A stretch of DNA of 64,000 bases from NCBI GenBank assembly GCA_013416795.1, contig RQSC01000007.1, positions 25,920 through 89,919 of the forward strand. The letters are read 5' to 3'. This document shows, piece after piece, positions 22,463-34,946 of the stretch (the stretch's first letter is position 1; each line of letters opens with the position of its first letter). Under the pieces are notes generated by a model. It had not been told where the DNA came from. It searched no databases and saw nothing but the letters and a program-made list of their open reading frames with translations. The DNA comes from Prasinococcaceae sp. CCMP 1430 (taxonomy: Eukaryota; Plantae; Prasinodermophyta). The translations under genes were made by a program, and so were the position numbers.

Positions 22463-23500
22463 TCAGCGCCCCTCCTCCTGCGGCCTCGCGCGCACCACGG
22501 TGGAGGCGTCCACGCCGTATCTCACGACGGGCGCCCCCCGCGCCCGCGAGGGCGGGTGGGCCACCTCCTTGAGGTCAAGCGCGCCGTCCGCGCCGACGTA
22601 TTGCACGACGTGCGCCTTGCTCGCGCCCTCGCCCTCGCGCACCACCACCACGTCGCCCTGGCGCACGTCCCCGCCTGGGGTGACGGCGGCGCGGTCGAGC
22701 GCCGCAGCCGTCGCGCGCCGCTGGGCCTCGCGCGCGCTCATGGGCTCGTCGCGCGCGCCGCGGCCCCGCCGGCTTCTACCGCCACCGTCACCACCGCTCG
22801 CGCTGCCTCGGGACGACCCGCCACCTGTGAGCTTTGCAAACAGCGCCGCCGACGCCGCCAGTACCATGGTCGCGCGGCACGCGACCCGCGCGACTTTGAG
22901 CCCGCTGCCGAGGAGTGCCGACGCTCTCGACGCGAACGCCCTGAGCCACCCGTCGCCCTCGCCAGAGGCCAAGCCGAGGAGCCACGCAACCAGCGCGAGC
23001 GCCGCGCCGCAGGCCATTGCGCTCCCAAGTGCGATCGCCAGCTCGATCACGAACGACACCACCGTAAGGGGCAGCGCGACGATCGGCATGATGAGGATCG
23101 CGAAGAACATGTGGCCGACGGCGTCCTGCCAGGTGGTCGAACGGCGCTCGAGCATCGGTCGCATCATCGCATACGTGCGCGCCGTCACACGCCCGCCGAA
23201 TTGCGGCATGCACGCGGCCATGACCGTCAGCCCCCCCGCGTCCAACGCCAGCAGCGATGCGCGCTTGGTCAAGTTGAGCACCCCCAGCAGCAGTGGGCCG
23301 AACGCGAGCTGTACGAACAGCGAGTCTCCGAAGTCGCTATCGCCTCCGGGGGAGCCCGGGAGGCCCCCGCGTCCGCCCCCGCCGTTCCCCCGGCCGCCAC
23401 TCCCACCGCATCTGTTGCAGCCGCCGCCGCCCACGACCGCATTACCCTCGCCGCGCTCGCCGCCGAGCCCTGCATGCGTGCCCGCCGCGCTGGCCGGCGC
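22463..23500 (-). CDS. Uncharacterised multi-pass membrane protein; 5' end uncertain (next to gap)
   Basis: Gly-rich stretch, then several hydrophobic helices (HMFFAILIMPIVALPLTVVSF; GAALALVAWLLG) and a small beta-rich C-terminal domain (VRQGDVVVV…). Confidence 0.5.
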   Translation of the reverse strand, partial: APASAAGTHAGLGGERGEGNAVVGGGGCNRCGGSGGRGNGGGGRGGLPGSPGGDSDFGDSLFVQLAFGPLLLGVLNLTKRASLLALDAGGLTVMAACMPQFGGRVTARTYAMMRPMLERRSTTWQDAVGHMFFAILIMPIVALPLTVVSFVIELAIALGSAMACGAALALVAWLLGLASGEGDGWLRAFASRASALLGSGLKVARVACRATMVLAASAALFAKLTGGGSSRGSASGGDGGGRSRRGRGARDEPMSAREAQRRATAAALDRAAVTPGGDVRQGDVVVVREGEGASKAHVVQYVGADGALDLKEVAHPPSRARGAPVVRYGVDASTVVRARPQEEGR

Positions 23501-23550
23501 ACCCGCTCGCGCGCGCCCTCCGCCCTCCCCCTCTTCTTCCTGTCCCTCGC

Positions 23551-23853
23551 NNNNNNNNNNNNNNNNNNNNNNNNNNNNNNNNNNNNNNNNNNNNNNNNNN
23601 NNNNNNNNNNNNNNNNNNNNNNNNNNNNNNNNNNNNNNNNNNNNNNNNNNNNNNNNNNNNNNNNNNNNNNNNNNNNNNNNNNNNNNNNNNNNNNNNNNNN
23701 NNNNNNNNNNNNNNNNNNNNNNNNNNNNNNNNNNNNNNNNNNNNNNNNNNNNNNNNNNNNNNNNNNNNNNNNNNNNNNNNNNNNNNNNNNNNNNNNNNNN
23801 NNNNNNNNNNNNNNNNNNNNNNNNNNNNNNNNNNNNNNNNNNNNNNNNNNNNN
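23551..23853. other. Assembly gap (N run)
   Basis: Continuous N. Confidence 1.
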
Positions 23854-23978
23854 CTGCGGCGCGCCGCGCCGCTCCGCGCACGCGGGAGCGAGGGAGAGAA
23901 GGGAGAGCCGCGCGGCGCGCGGCGTCCGCCGCCCGACTCAGCCGGCCAGCGCCCGCCGCGCCGCGCGCGCCGCCGGCC

Positions 23979-26900
23979 ATGTCGGACGTCGACATGGACA
24001 GCGACTTCTGCCCGTCGCCCTCGCCGATCAAGGCCCAGGGCAAGGCGGCGAAGCAGCCGCTCGGCGAGGCGACCAACGCCGGGAAGGCCAAGGGCAGGGC
24101 CATCGAAGAGACGTACAAGAAGCTCTCGCAGCTTGAGCACATCCTGCTGCGCCCCGACACGTACGTTGGCTCGGTGGAGAAGCAGCAGGCCATGCTGTGG
24201 GTGCACGACGGCGGGGAGGGCTTCACGCAGCGCCAGGTGACGTACGTGCCCGGCCTGTACAAGATTTTCGACGAGATCATCGTCAACGCCGCAGACAACA
24301 AGATGCGCGATGACAGCATGGACGGTTTCAAGGTGAGCGACGCGCGCCGCGAGCAGCAGGCCGGCGGGTCGCGGGCGCCCCGCTGAATCGCTGCAGAGCG
24401 CGCCTCGCGAGCGCCGTCCCTCCTCGTCCCGCTGCCGGACTGACTCGGAGCGGCCGCGCCGCGTGCTCCATTTGGTCTACGCGCTTTGCCCTTCTCCGCG
24501 CGCCGCGCTTCGCCTCGACAGGTCGACATCGACCAGGAGGCGGGCACCATCAAGGTTTGGAACAACGGCAACGGCCTGCCCGTGGAGATGCACAAAGACA
24601 TGGGCGTGTATGTGCCCGAGATGATCTTCGGCAACCTGCTGACGTCGTCCAACTACAACGACTCCGAGAAGAAGGTCGTCGGCGGCCGCAACGGCTACGG
24701 CGCCAAGCTCGCGAACATCTTCTCCACCGAGTTCATCGTCGAGACGGCCGATGGCTCGCGCGAGAAGAAGTACCGCCAGGTGTTCAGCAACAACATGCAG
24801 GACAAGTCCAAGCCGAAGATCACCAAGTGCAAGGCCAGCGACAACTGGACGTGCATCACCTTCACGCCCGATCTTTCCAAGTTCGGGATGGACTCGCTCG
24901 ACGACGACACCGTCGCGCTCATGCGCAAGCGCGTGTACGACGTGGCGGGCTGCATCGGCGCGCGCGGCGTCAAGGTGCACCTCAACGGCACGCGCCTGCC
25001 CATCAAGACCTTCCAGCAGTATGTTGGCGAGTACTTCAAGGGCGTCGAGGATCCGCCCAAGGTCTTCTACGAGCGCGTGAACGACCGCTGGGAGGTGGCC
25101 ATCACCGCCAGCACCGAAGGCCAGGCGCAGCAGGTTAGCTTCGTCAACTCCATCAACACCATCAAGGGCGGCACCCACGTGAACAACGTGGCCGACAAGG
25201 TGGCGGCCAAGCTCCTCGAGCACATCAACAAGAAGCACAAGAAGCAAAACGTCAAGGCGTTTCAGATCAAAAACCACACCTGGGTGTTCGTGAACGCGCT
25301 CATCGAGAACCCGGCCTTCGACTCGCAGTGCAAGGAGACGCTCACCACCAAGGCCTCCGCCTTCGGGTCGCGCTGCGACATGTCGGATGATTTCTTCAAG
25401 AAGCTCACCAAATGCGCCATTGTCGACAACGTGCTCATGTGGGCGACGTTCAAGGCCAACAAGGACATGAAGAAGAACGACGGCGCCAAGAAGTCCCGCC
25501 TCCTCGGCGTTCCCAAGCTCGACGACGCCAACGACGCCGGCACGCGCAACAGCCAGAAGTGCACGCTCATCCTCACCGAGGGTGACTCCGCCAAGGCGCT
25601 CGCCATTTCGGGACTCAGCGTGGTCGGGCGCGACCACTACGGCGTGTTCCCGCTGCGCGGCAAGCTTCTCAACGTGCGCGATGCGGCGCCCAAGCAGATC
25701 ATGGACAACGCCGAGATCTCCAACATCAAGAAGATCCTCGGGCTGCAGCAGAACAAGGTGTACGAGGACACCAAGGCGCTGCGCTACGGCTCGGTGATGA
25801 TCATGACCGATCAGGATCACGACGGCAGCCACATCAAGGGTCTCCTGATCAACTTCCTGCACAAGTTCTGGCCCAGCCTCCTCAAGATCCCCGACTTCCT
25901 CGTCGAGTTCATCACGCCGATCGTCAAGGCCACGAAGGGGAGGCAGTCGCAGATTTTCTACACGATGCCCGAGTACGAGACTTGGAAGGAGGAGCTCGGC
26001 GGCAGCACAAAGGGCTGGTCCATCAAGTACTACAAGGGTCTTGGTACCTCGACGGCCGCCGAGGCCAAGGAGTACTTCGCGGACATCGACCAGCACCGCA
26101 AGCCCTTCGTGTACGAGGATCACCTCGACGACGAGTGCATCGATATGGCCTTCTCCAAGAAGAAGGTCGACGAGCGCAAGCAGTGGCTGAGCAACTGCAA
26201 GCCGGGCACCTACCTGGACATGAGCGTGGACACCATCAAGTACTCCGAATTTATCAACAAGGAGCTCATCCTGTTCTCGCTCGCCGACCTGCAGCGCTCG
26301 ATCCCCAGCATGGTTGACGGCCTCAAGCCCGGCCAGCGCAAGATCATGTTCTGCGCCTTCAAGCGCAAGCTCAAGAGCGACATCAAGGTGGCGCAGCTCG
26401 CCGGCTACGTCTCCGAACACTCGGCCTACCACCACGGCGAGGCCAGCCTGGCGTCGACCATCGTGGGCCTCGCGCAGAACTTCGTGGGCAACAACAACGT
26501 GGCCTTGCTCGTCCCGAGCGGCCAGTTCGGCACTCGCCTGCAGGGCGGCAAGGACTGCGCGTCGCCGCGTTACATCTTCACGCGCCTCAGCCCGCTCGCG
26601 CGCGCAGTGATGCCCGAAGCGGACGACGCGCTGCTTGACTTCCTGTCGGAGGACGGCCAGAAGATCGAACCAACCTGGTACATGCCCACCCTCCCCACCG
26701 TGCTGGTCAACGGTGCCGACGGCATCGGCACCGGCTGGTCGACCTTCGTGCCGAACTACAACCCGCTCGACCTCATCGGCAACATCCGCCGCATGCTGCG
26801 CGACGAGCCGACGGTGCCCATGGTGCCCTGGTACCGCGGCTTCGAGGGCACCGTCGAGCCCGCGGGGGGCAAGGCCAAGGAGTTCGGCGAGAGCTTCACA

Positions 26901-28775
26901 GTCACCGGCAAGATCCGCGAGATCGATGAGACCACCGTCGAGATTTCCGAGCTGCCGCTGCGCAAGTGGACCCAGGACTACAAGGAGTGGCTGCAGATTG
27001 TGACGATTGGTGGCGCCAGCGATAAGGACGACAAGAAGAAGGAGAAGCCCTTCATCACCGAGTACAGGGAATACCACACCGATGAGACCGTCCGCTTCGT
27101 GATCACCATGCCTGAGGAGCAGATGCGTGAGGCCCACGCCATGGGCCTGGAGAAGCGCTTCAAGCTCACGTCCACCATCTCGACCACGAACATGCACCTC
27201 TTCGATGCGGAGGGTCACATCCGCCGCTACGAGAGCCCAGAGGCCATCCTCGAAGAGTTCTTTCAGCTGCGCATGGCGTACTACGATGCGCGCAAGGCTT
27301 CGATGGCCGACATCCTGCGTTCGGACCTCGCTCGCCTGGAGAGCAAGGTGCGCTTCATCCTCGCCGTCGTGCAGGGTGACCTGGTCATCTCCAACAAGAA
27401 GAAGGCTGTGCTCATCGAGGAGCTCGAAGACTGCGGCTACGAGAGGATGACCAAGAGCTCCAAGAGCTCAGGAAAGGCCAGCGCGCCCGTGGAGGAGGAG
27501 GATGACAGCGAGGGTGGGTCGTCCGCCGCCACCGCGTCCGGCAAGAACTACGACTACCTGCTCGGCATGCCGCTGTGGAGCCTCACCATGGAGCGCGTTG
27601 CCACCCTCATCGCCGAGCGCGACACCAAGCAGGGCGAGCTCGATGAGCTCATGAGGACCTCACCCGCGCAGATGTGGGAAACGGACCTCGACACCTTCGA
27701 GGCTGTTCTCGAGACGGAGGAGGACGAGGCGATGAAGCTCGCGGCCGAGGCCGACAAGCACGCCAAGTCGCACCGCCGTGGCAAGGGCAAGGCCAAGACC
27801 ACGAAGGCCTCCAAGGCGTCGGCGGCCGACCTCGAGTACGTCGAAACGAAGGTCAAGACCAAGTTCCCGCCGCGCCCTGCTAGCGTGAGCGGCGAGCTGA
27901 AGCTGCAGCCGCTGGCGGCGGCGATGGCGCTGCCCGCGACCAGTGAGGTCAGCATTGACACCGCGGCGGCAGGCATCTTCGAGCGCCTGAATATTCGCTC
28001 GACGGGTACGCTCGCGGCTACCAAGGGCGCCCTCAAGTCCAAGGCAGAGGTCAAGCCCAAGGTCATGGCCTCCAAGGCCGAGTCCAAGCCCAAGGTCGTG
28101 GCCAAGGGGACGAAGAAGGCCGTCGTCGTGGATGAAGACAGCGAGGATGAGCCCTACGAAGAGATTCCCGCCGAGGACTCGGACGACGACTTCTCGCTGG
28201 GTGGCGGCTCGCTCATGGCGCGACTCGCGGCGCGCAACAAGTCAAGCCGCGCGACCGCCAAGAAGGCGCCCGTGTACGACCTCAGCGACTCGGAGGAGGA
28301 GGGCGAGGAGGACCTCGACTCGGGGTCGGACTTCTGCGCGGACACGCCTCAGCCCAAGAAGAAGGCGCCCGCGCGCAAGCCCGCTGCCAAGAAGCCACCT
28401 ACCGGCAAAGCCAAGGCGCCAGCAGCCAAGGCCGCTGGCAAGAAGCGCGTCACGACTAAGTCGGCTGTGTCCAAGGCGTCAGCAGCGATGGATTGCGAGG
28501 CGGACGACGACGCCTGCGTGGTGGACTCGCCCGCAGTGGCGCCGGCGGGCAAGATGCGCCGCATGCGCCCGAGTCCCTTCCACAAGGGCAGCGCCTCGCG
28601 CACGGCCGCCGCCGACAAGGAGGAGGAGGAGGAGCCTGCCGAGCCTGCCGCGCGCCCCTCACGCCGCGCGGCCGCCAACCGCGTGGTGTACACGCTGGAC
28701 AGCGACGAGTCCGAGGAGGAGGAGTCCGACGAGGAAGAGTACGACGACGACTCGGGGTCCGACTTCGAGGGCTAG
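23979..28775 (+). CDS. TOP2: DNA topoisomerase II; join(23979..24332,24522..28775)
   Basis: LEHILLRPDTYVGS, GGRNGYGAKLANIFS, LILTEGDSA, PLRGKLLNVR, MTDQDHDGSHIKGL, YHHGE, ASPRYIF (catalytic Tyr), acidic/basic C-terminal tail. Confidence 0.99.
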
Positions 28776-29146
28776 GTTGCCCAACACACGCCATGTGTCT
28801 TTCGTCGACACGCCCTCTGTTCCTCGCCTCCTGCCTCCCCACGAAGCCAGAGGCCACCGTCCTAATATAAGCGGCGCGACGCGGCAGGTCCCCCACAAGG
28901 GGCCACAACGCGCACCTGCCTCGCGCTCGTTTCCGCTAGCGCCCCGCCTCTGCGGCGGCGCTGTAGCTGATGTAAAAACGGCCCGCACTACCGTGTCAGA
29001 CGCGCCTGGGGCAACGCGGGTGGCATGCGCGCCAGAGACGCTTCCGGAGCGAGGCGTTGCGGAGTGCGCGTTCCACCTGGCGCGCATTATTACGTGTGTG
29101 TGTCAATGATACAGTGTGTATGTGTGCGCGTGCGAGTGGGGGTTTC

Positions 29147-30080
29147 TCAAGCGGGTGCTCGTAGGAGCGTCAGCCAGTCGGAGGCGACCACCGCCCCGTG
29201 CGCCTCGCGCGGCAGCGCGGGGCTCGGCGCCCACGGCCTCCCGACGACGCGCGCATCCGCGCGCGCGTATCGCAAGGCGAGGGCTCGGCGCGGCGTGGGG
29301 TCGTGCGCCGCGCGCGAGTCGTTCCCCGGGGCCCAGTGTAGCGTGCGCGCATCGAATGCAACGGCGTCGCCTGGGGCGCACGCCCAGGCGAGCGTATCTG
29401 CGGCCATCGCGGCGTCGCTGGGTACCTCAACCGGCGCCTCGGCATAGATGGCGCCACTGGGCGGGGGCCACCCCCCCGAAGCGTCGTCGGCGCCGCGAAC
29501 ATCGCGCTCGTAGAGCTCCCCCGTGGCGAATTTGCGGGGCGCCCACAGCGCGCCCGCTGGCAACAGGGGCGGCACGTGCGACGCGCGCCAGTACCGCACG
29601 GAGGCTTCGAGCGGCACCTCGTCGAGCGCGACCCACAGGCTCAGCAGGTGCGGATCGCGGCCGTCCTCTCTACCGCCCGACTCGCCGCCGTCGAGGGGAT
29701 AATACGCGGCGTCGGCGTGGAGGGGCGTCCGTGTGGAGCAGCCCGCATCCTGGAGGGGCGCCGCGAGCGCAGTGGCGAGGGGGAATAGCGAAGCCGTGAG
29801 CATGCGAGCTTGTACGAGCATGCGTGCGTGAGGTCACGCTTCTATGCGCACCGGGCCCAGGCGCAAGCGCGCTCGGGTGCGGACCTTGACGAGCACGTGC
29901 TCGTGGTAGAAGACAACGCCATCTCGCACCGCGGTAGCGCCCTCCTCCTCGCCGAGCATCAGCGCCCGCGCCAGGTCCGCCGCGGGGCCCCACGCACCGA
30001 GGGCGCCGAGGGCCTCATTGCCCGTCGCGAGGTCGCTGTAGAAGCCCGCGAGCTCCTCGCCCCGCGGTGACGGCGACCGC
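29147..30080 (-). CDS. Phytanoyl-CoA dioxygenase (PhyH) family 2OG-Fe(II) oxygenase, 5' exon(s) not located; intron 29884..29750
   Basis: Spliced FYHEHVLVK|DAGCSTRTPLHADAAYY (HxD), LSLWVALD, PGDAVAFDARTLH (distal His), RRALALRY. Confidence 0.8.
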
Positions 30081-31078
30081 CTGCGCCTTGTCAGAGGCGG
30101 GGCGGCCGCGGCTGCGCGCACGCACGCGTGCGGGCCGGCGCGGTCTGGGCGCTCTCCGCCGCAGCGCGCGCGCGGGCTGGCGGGGCGCCCCCGCCGGCCC
30201 CATCCCCCCCGCGTGAAAAGGGCTCGTTTCGAAAACGCTCCGCGGCGGGAAAAAAAAAAAAAAAATGGCACGCCACCATCCGATCGGCGCATCCGCGCGA
30301 CGCGGACGCGAGCGCCCCACACACACCAGGGAATTGACCCACCCCGGCGCGCACGCCGGGTGGGAGCCGCCGGCCGGTGGCGCCCCGCGTCAAACCCATG
30401 CGCAGACCCCCGCCCCCCGACCGAATGACTGACTGAGCAGTACTGTACTGTACTGTCTCCTCTGTGATGATGATGACTGTACTTTGTTGTCCATGTTTTG
30501 TTTAAACCCTATCAAACCAACCTCAATGTGTGCATCTCCCAGCTGCAGGCCAGCACTACCATCATGATGGTACCAGGTACACTGTACTGCACGCCTGCAG
30601 CCTGCGGTTCGAAATCGGAACCTCACTTTTGGCCCGCTGCCCGGCGGTGCGCAGTACACTACCATCTGCAGGTACGACGGCCCTGCTGCGCGGCGGCGGC
30701 GGCTCTCTCTCGGGCCTCGGCTGGCGCGCGCATTGGCATTGACCGGGCGGGTGGGTTAATGCGCCGATCGGCGGCGCGGCGAGCGCGTGCGCGCGCTCCG
30801 TCGTTTTTTTTTTTCCTTTTTTTTCTCCCCGACCGAGGCTGGCTGGTGCTCATTCTCCTCGCCCGCGGCGCCCACGCCGCGCCGCGCCGCGTTCGCGGCG
30901 CCTCGCCCATGATTTTCGGGGGCGCGCGATGCGGAAGCGGAAGCGGAAAGCGAGGAAACGCGCGCGGGAGGGCGCCGAGCGCGAGACGTGCGCGGGGGCG
31001 GGCGTAAAAAAGAAAAAGAGAAAAAAAAACGGGTGCAGGTTTCGGCGAGTCGGCGCGTTTCGAGCGCTTTTTTGGGCG

Positions 31079-31763
31079 GGAGGAGGGCGTGGCCCCGCCG
31101 CCACAACAGCAGCACCAGCAGCAGCACCAGCAGCAGCAGCAACAACAACAACAACAGCAACAGGCCGCGGGCGAGGGCGCGACCGAGGAGGCAGAGACCG
31201 AGGTGGCTACCGCAGCGGACGACTCAGCTGAGCGGCGCGAGGCGAGCGGCGAGCGGAGCGGCGACGATGGACCCGCCTCGTGTGCGGCGGGGGGACTATC
31301 GGACGCCGCGCCTGCGTCCGAATCCGTTCCCGCTTCCGACGCTTCTGTGCTCGACTCGCCGGGCGCCTTGACCGCGGCCATGGGTGGTGCCACAAGGGCG
31401 GTGACGGAGGGAGAGCACGCCGATGATGGCGGCGTTGCGAGCGCCACAGAGCGCGTTGAGGCCAGCGAGCGCATGCAGGCGACGGCGGAGGTCGCTACGG
31501 CGTCGACGGCCAGCGCCGGGCGGCGACAAGAGCGCGCGGTGCCAACGCCCGCGGCCGCTGCTGAGGCGGCCCGCGGAGGCGGCGCCGACAGCGACGATGC
31601 GGTGGCGGCAGCGGCGGCGCGAGCGCGGCTGGCCGCAGAGCTCAGCGCCGCGCGACGCGAGCAATCGAGTGTGTCGACGCTCACCGGCGTGCTCGCCGTG
31701 GCGCTGCTCGCGGTAGCAGCGCGTAGGATCATGCGCCTCAGCGGCGTGTCTCTGGACCTCTGA
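31079..31763 (+). pseudogene. 5'-truncated duplicate of the UBE2J-type gene (C-terminal half only, no UBC domain)
   Basis: Identical to 33538..34222 but lacks the upstream catalytic region. Confidence 0.75.
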
Positions 31764-32229
31764 GCTAGCGCGCGCCGCGTGCAGGTCGCCGCAGCGGTGG
31801 TCGCCCTTGTACCTGTAGTCTATACATCCATGCCCACGCACGCGTGAGTGCCCGCGCCGCGCCTGCGTGCGCGCGCAGAGGTGCATGCGGTGGCGTGTGA
31901 GCCTCTCGTCACCGGTCTGCCACCCCTGCCATCGCTCCGCTCGGCTGTAGCTATCGCTGCCGCGCCGTCAATGCTCGCCCTCTATCAGCACGCCCCGTCC
32001 CCGACTCCGCTACTCGAACAGGGCGTCGTCCCTCCACCGCGCGCACGCAGGCGCGGCGAGTGCGTCGCGCGCGCGCGCGATGTCAGCGTGGATCTGCGCG
32101 ACGAGCGCCTCGAGGCCGTCGAAGCGCTGCTCGGGCCGCGCTGCGCCACACACGAGGAGGCGCATCTCCTCGTCGTAGAAGTCCGCTGCATACTCGTGCA
32201 GGACGTGCGCCTCAACGCTCAGGCCTGCG
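31079..32229. repeat. Direct duplication copy 1 (identical to 33538..34688, offset 2459 nt)
   Basis: Same sequence seen twice, including the poly-CAG/CAA tract and both gene 3' ends. Confidence 0.95.
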
Positions 32230-32586
32230 CCGTCGGCGAACGTCGGCCGCTCGCCCACGTTGAGCACCATGGGGTGCGCTGCGCCCGATTCGGAGCTCAG
32301 GCGCGCCCAGCCGTAGTACACGCCTTGGCGCGAGCACGCGGCGTGCGCGTCAGCTCCGAGACCGCGCCGGTACAGAGCGCCAGCGCTGCGCGCAGGCACG
32401 AGACACGGAGAGACAGAGAGCGCTCGCACCCTTGGGGAGCTGCCCCGCGTCGATAGCTTCAGCAACCGACGGCGCGGCAGGGTCCACATTGGCCGTCGGC
32501 ACCGCCATCTCGCGCGATCCGCGGCCGAAGCCGCGAACGACAGCGCCCCGCAGCCGCAGAGGCTCGTCCGCGAGCGCCGTCGGCAT
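31985..32586 (-). CDS. RFK: Riboflavin kinase; join(32586..32430,32323..31985); start may be further upstream
   Basis: GAVVRGFGRGSREMAVPTAN, spliced GVYYGWA, MVLNVGERPTF, SVEAHVLH, FYDEEMRL, RPEQRFDGLEALVAQIHADI. Confidence 0.92.
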
Positions 32587-33016
32587 CGCCCCCGCCGCGC
32601 TGGCCGCGCCTTCCGTCGCAGCCTCGTCGGTGCGAGTTGGTCCCGCCCCCGCAGCACCGGCAGCGCAGGCGGGCGCCGCCGAGGCGCGGGGCCATGCGGG
32701 CACTGGCCCACGCCCTCGCTCCCTCCCACGCTGGCGCTGTGACGCGCGCGCGCTCTGTGATGCCAGTAGCGGTTTTTGTGCGCGCTGGTGGGGGAGCAAA
32801 AAGGCGCGCGGTGTGGGCCTCTCCACACCGTCCGCGTAGCGCAGCGCCCCCTCCTTCCCCGTGGAGAGTCCGCTCCGTCGGTGAGCGCGACGCCCGGTGC
32901 GGCTCTGTCCGCGCGCGTGCGCACACGCGCCCGCCTCTGCACACGCACACGCACACGCACGCGAGCGCGCGCGCGGACGCACACCGCCGCGCGGAGGCGC
33001 ACGTCGCACTTTGCGG

Positions 33017-34222
33017 ATGGCGTCGTCACCCAGCAACGCGGCGGTGAAGCGCCTCCTGCGCGAGGCGAGGGAGGTGGCGCGCGCGGCGGACGCCGACTTC
33101 GTGGCGGCGCCACTGGCGACGGACCTGTTCGAGTGGCACTTCGTCGTGCGCGGCCCGCCGGGCACGGACTTCGCAGGCGGCGTGTACCACGGCCGGATCC
33201 TCGTGCCGCCGGACTACCCGTTCAAGCCGCCGAGCTTCATGTTCCTCACGCCCAATGGGCGCTTCGAGACCAACACCAAGATTTGCCTCAACATCTCCGA
33301 GCACCACCCGGAGAGCTGGCAGCCGAGCTGGTCGGTGCGCACGGCGCTCCTCGCGCTCGTCGCGTTCTTCCCGACACCGCCCGACGGCGGCATCGGCAGC
33401 GCCGACTACCCCCCGGAGGCGCGGCGCGAGCTCGCCGCGCGCTCGCGCGCCGAGCCGCCTCTCGAGTTCGGTACCGAGGAAAGAAGGGCCGTGACGCGCC
33501 GGATGCACGAGCTCATGCTCGAGAAGATCAGCGCCGAGGAGGAGGGCGTGGCCCCGCCGCCACAACAGCAGCACCAGCAGCAGCACCAGCAGCAGCAGCA
33601 ACAACAACAACAACAGCAACAGGCCGCGGGCGAGGGCGCGACCGAGGAGGCAGAGACCGAGGTGGCTACCGCAGCGGACGACTCAGCTGAGCGGCGCGAG
33701 GCGAGCGGCGAGCGGAGCGGCGACGATGGACCCGCCTCGTGTGCGGCGGGGGGACTATCGGACGCCGCGCCTGCGTCCGAATCCGTTCCCGCTTCCGACG
33801 CTTCTGTGCTCGACTCGCCGGGCGCCTTGACCGCGGCCATGGGTGGTGCCACAAGGGCGGTGACGGAGGGAGAGCACGCCGATGATGGCGGCGTTGCGAG
33901 CGCCACAGAGCGCGTTGAGGCCAGCGAGCGCATGCAGGCGACGGCGGAGGTCGCTACGGCGTCGACGGCCAGCGCCGGGCGGCGACAAGAGCGCGCGGTG
34001 CCAACGCCCGCGGCCGCTGCTGAGGCGGCCCGCGGAGGCGGCGCCGACAGCGACGATGCGGTGGCGGCAGCGGCGGCGCGAGCGCGGCTGGCCGCAGAGC
34101 TCAGCGCCGCGCGACGCGAGCAATCGAGTGTGTCGACGCTCACCGGCGTGCTCGCCGTGGCGCTGCTCGCGGTAGCAGCGCGTAGGATCATGCGCCTCAG
34201 CGGCGTGTCTCTGGACCTCTGA
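33017..34222 (+). CDS. Tail-anchored ubiquitin-conjugating enzyme E2 J1/UBC32-like
   Basis: AVKRLLREA, FEWHFVVRGP, GGVYHGRI, TPNGRFETNTKICLNIS (catalytic Cys), HPESWQPSWSVRT, poly-Q linker, C-terminal TM LTGVLAVALLAVAA. Confidence 0.92.
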   Translation: MASSPSNAAVKRLLREAREVARAADADFVAAPLATDLFEWHFVVRGPPGTDFAGGVYHGRILVPPDYPFKPPSFMFLTPNGRFETNTKICLNISEHHPESWQPSWSVRTALLALVAFFPTPPDGGIGSADYPPEARRELAARSRAEPPLEFGTEERRAVTRRMHELMLEKISAEEEGVAPPPQQQHQQQHQQQQQQQQQQQQAAGEGATEEAETEVATAADDSAERREASGERSGDDGPASCAAGGLSDAAPASESVPASDASVLDSPGALTAAMGGATRAVTEGEHADDGGVASATERVEASERMQATAEVATASTASAGRRQERAVPTPAAAAEAARGGGADSDDAVAAAAARARLAAELSAARREQSSVSTLTGVLAVALLAVAARRIMRLSGVSLDL

Positions 34223-34688
34223 GCTAGCGCGCGCCGCGTGCAGGTCGCCGCAGCGGTGGTCGCCCTTGTACCTGTAGTCTATACATCCATGCCCACGCAC
34301 GCGTGAGTGCCCGCGCCGCGCCTGCGTGCGCGCGCAGAGGTGCATGCGGTGGCGTGTGAGCCTCTCGTCACCGGTCTGCCACCCCTGCCATCGCTCCGCT
34401 CGGCTGTAGCTATCGCTGCCGCGCCGTCAATGCTCGCCCTCTATCAGCACGCCCCGTCCCCGACTCCGCTACTCGAACAGGGCGTCGTCCCTCCACCGCG
34501 CGCACGCAGGCGCGGCGAGTGCGTCGCGCGCGCGCGCGATGTCAGCGTGGATCTGCGCGACGAGCGCCTCGAGGCCGTCGAAGCGCTGCTCGGGCCGCGC
34601 TGCGCCACACACGAGGAGGCGCATCTCCTCGTCGTAGAAGTCCGCTGCATACTCGTGCAGGACGTGCGCCTCAACGCTCAGGCCTGCG
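33538..34688. repeat. Direct duplication copy 2, ending at a single N (34689)
   Basis: Identical to 31079..32229. Confidence 0.95.
34444..34688 (-). pseudogene. 5'-truncated duplicate of riboflavin kinase (last ~80 codons)
   Basis: Identical to 31985..32229 and cut at the N. Confidence 0.75.
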
Positions 34689-34946
34689 NCGCGCGCGCGG
34701 GCCGGGCCGCGCGCGCGCGGGCCGTGCGCTGACAGCGCTGTCCGAGGTGCCGCCCAGCGGCTGTGGCGACCATGGCTGACATCGCCACCGCTCGCTACGC
34801 GCCACAACGCGGCACTGGCGGCCGCCCGCCTTGTGGCACCTCTGCGGGCGCACGCACGCACGGACCCGCGCACTCGCACCCGCACGTAGGGTTTGAGGTT
34901 TGGGTTACATATAGGGTTTACTAAATGGTCAGGGTCTGGACCGCGC

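Noticed and set aside
24477-27218. Long antisense or alternate-frame ORFs (for example 24477..27218-, 14475..17477- over DRC1, 2240..5341+, 41777..42973-)
   Set aside because: Shadow ORFs expected from GC3-rich codons at 70% GC; no family motifs. ORFs spanning N runs are artefacts.
30600-30625. GGTTCGAAATC resembling a tRNA T-loop
   Set aside because: No canonical T-stem, D-arm or acceptor stem could be built.
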